This document shows, in pieces, positions 61,780 through 64,000 of a stretch of 64,000 bases of DNA. The position numbers and the translations under genes are program-made. The notes under the pieces are model-generated. The model was not told where the DNA came from. It saw only the letters and a program-made list of their open reading frames with translations, and made no database searches. The stretch's first letter is position 1. Each line of letters opens with the position of its first letter. Source of the DNA: Lingula anatina (taxonomy: Eukaryota > Animalia > Brachiopoda). The stretch is taken from assembly GCA_051362555.1 (NCBI GenBank), contig CM120644.1, forward strand, positions 23,892,534 through 23,956,533. The letters are read 5' to 3'.

Positions 61780-63558
61780 TTAATTAAGTATACAATCTTG
61801 AAATAAAGGGAGTCATGAAGACTATTGATATGAATAACTTATGGAACGAACCAACGGAATGGTTCATCCTATTCGTATTCTTACTTAGATAAGATTTTCA
61901 AGGGCGTTTCTTTGATTTACGTCCCTGTATTTGAATATCTATCATTATTTTTATTTATATCAAGGTGTGATACTAGACAAATGTTGAGCATGTTATGTTA
62001 GTAAGTGACAGCTACGAGTGAACAAGGAGCAGGGGGTGTTTAGTAAGGAGCAGGGGGTGTTTAGTAGTGTAACTTGACTTGATTGACATGACCTTGTAAT
62101 GTAAACGAGGGAGAACGCTGTAAGAGGTTGAAGGGAGAGGAAAACATTGTAGATAGAGTAGTTACGAAGTAATAATAAAGGTTATGAAAGAACACGAAAT
62201 TGTTTAGTTTTACCCCGCGCATCAAGTAAGACAAAGTCAATATCGCCGTCACAACCATGAGGAATAGACACATGGTTGCTTACACTTGGGGTGATTATTT
62301 CGACAAGTCATAAAGTGTCATATAAATAATTTGATGACTTGGATAAAGCCTCCGCGGCAACAATAATACATGTTAAAATACTGCAGCTTTCTACTCTAGG
62401 GCTGTACCGTGGAACGGATACGAATCGCAACGGTTTCAGAACATTTCAGCGCACCTTTAAATCCCACACACCCAGGGGGGATTATATTACACTGTTTTCA
62501 AACAGTTACACTGGCTCTGTGATACATAGTTTATTTTATTAATTTTTGTAGGCATTTTTTAATCAATCAGCACCTCTTACCTACTGGAGCTAGTCGAACT
62601 TTACCTCACAATACTTAATTAAAGATCACTCGATCAGTTATTGCTGACGGCATATAATGCTACCCTGAGTGTCAGAGCCCCTGTCAAGCTAGATTGTTTA
62701 CTATTGAAACGTTTTGACGCAATCGCTTCACAGACGCTCTGACGAACAGCGGCCACGTTACATTTCCGTCAATCAAATAAAACTGCTCCGCAGTGAATCT
62801 GCAGTTGAATGTCATCAAACCAAAATGCAGCGTAAAACAAATTTAAATCTGCTTTATATAATTTTATTTACTGTATTTAAAATGTAAAATGAAAAAATAA
62901 ATAATATTCTTCGAAAAGAAAATATATATCCAATGTTTTTGTATTTTTTGTTTATCAAAAAACATTTGTCCCTGGAGGTATGAACGCGTCCTTGCCGTGT
63001 GCCAAGTTTGACAGCTACACTGTATGCCCGATACCAATATAAGGGCTGCACAATGGCTACATCAGAATCAGTTTTTAAAGCTGCGCGAGATAACGTCAGC
63101 GCAAGGCTGGAAAGGCAGCTCCAGGCGGCCAAAACCTGTGACGTACGACTCATGACTTCCAAATATAGATCCAGGCGGATTCAGCTGTGATGTGTGACTT
63201 CCAAATATGGAAGCGCCCCAGGCAAAATTTTGAAGAAGAATGCCTACGGATCGTGGGTATTCGCTAGAGCTTAGTATTGCTGATATGGGTTATATATGAA
63301 ATCAAGATCGAGCTGGCAATACCGGAATCTAGAACCTAGGGTACATAATGCCAGATTGAAAACTTACTAAATCTACAAATTCATCGACAGAAGTACGGAA
63401 CATTCCTCTTATTTGCTTATAAACAGCAGAGAATGAGTAAAAAATAACTAAAATGGTTAATCTTTTATTAAATCGTTTATGTTTACTAAGAAAAAATATT
63501 ACTTTAATTCAGTTTCATTTGCTGTCATAGATTTGCTAATTTTTTTTTGTTTGTTTGT

Positions 63559-63589
<31 letters not shown>

Positions 63590-63644
63590 TTTTTTTTTTT
63601 TTAACCTATCACCCATCTAAGACTTTAACTTATGTTATCAGACA

Positions 63645-64000
63645 TCAAATGCCTGTGTCTGCAAACACATTTCTAAACATTGCTACTGGATAGATATCTG
63701 GTCTCACTTCTGGAGCATGGTAATCATTTAACTCCATTTTGACTTCGGCTTCTGTATAAGATTCCACCTGTCCTTTTGCCCCATGTTGCATATAATCATC
63801 TTGGAATTCCTTTTTTATAGACTGTGGTGAAAGTATTGTCCTATTCAGTTCATTCCTTCCTTGAAGTTCCTTTTTTACAGGCGGATATGAAATTCCAGTG
63901 TGAACCATTTCATGTCGTTTGCAAACCTTTTTGCAAATAAAACTCTTTTTGCAATGCTGGTATTTGAATGGTTTTTCTCCAGTATGGGTCATTTTATGTT
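63645..64000 (-). CDS. 3' end of a second C2H2 zinc-finger paralogue (partial, cut by window end)
   Basis: Nearly identical to the C-terminus of 47811-49445 (…ELQGRNELNRTILSPQSIKKEFQDDYMQHG…). The last finger has lost its first Cys (FKYQHC). Confidence 0.85.
   Translation of the reverse strand, partial: HKMTHTGEKPFKYQHCKKSFICKKVCKRHEMVHTGISYPPVKKELQGRNELNRTILSPQSIKKEFQDDYMQHGAKGQVESYTEAEVKMELNDYHAPEVRPDIYPVAMFRNVFADTGI

Larger units (their letters stand above)
54368..64000. repeat. Segmental duplication unit D (chitin-binding gene D plus 3' end of second ZNF copy)
   Basis: Co-linear with units B and C; runs off the window end. Confidence 0.9.

Overview
AT-rich, intron-containing animal genomic DNA (inference: a marine invertebrate, plausibly an echinoderm). 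From left to right the window holds: (1) the last four exons of a + strand von Willebrand factor type D (VWD) domain gene (1164-2771); (2) an intact, very young BEL/Pao LTR retrotransposon on the - strand (3572-10008; 464-bp LTRs with one visible mismatch, GAGTC target-site duplication, 1701-aa Gag-Pol); (3) a zone of nested non-autonomous DNA transposons (12-18 kb); (4) four tandem paralogues (A-D, - strand, 4 coding exons each, 117-124 aa) of a small secreted protein with a non-canonical chitin-binding type-2 (ChtBD2/peritrophin-A/tachycitin-like) C-terminus and a hypervariable exon 2. The ORF track does not assemble these genes; I reconstructed them from GT-AG sites and phases. Copies B-D lie in ~14-kb tandem segmental duplications that each also carry a C2H2 zinc-finger locus (16-finger ORF at 47811-49445, a second copy cut by the window end, and a ~100-bp remnant in unit B). 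(5) Between units B and C is a 1.75-kb exon encoding ankyrin repeats fused to a NAL1/Ssy5-like chymotrypsin-fold serine protease; its catalytic triad is intact but it has three in-frame stops. Many MITEs with clear TIRs and TSDs are present or absent among the duplicated units and record a mosaic duplication history. No rRNA, tRNA or CRISPR array is supported. All family assignments come from motif recognition by eye; no database search was run.
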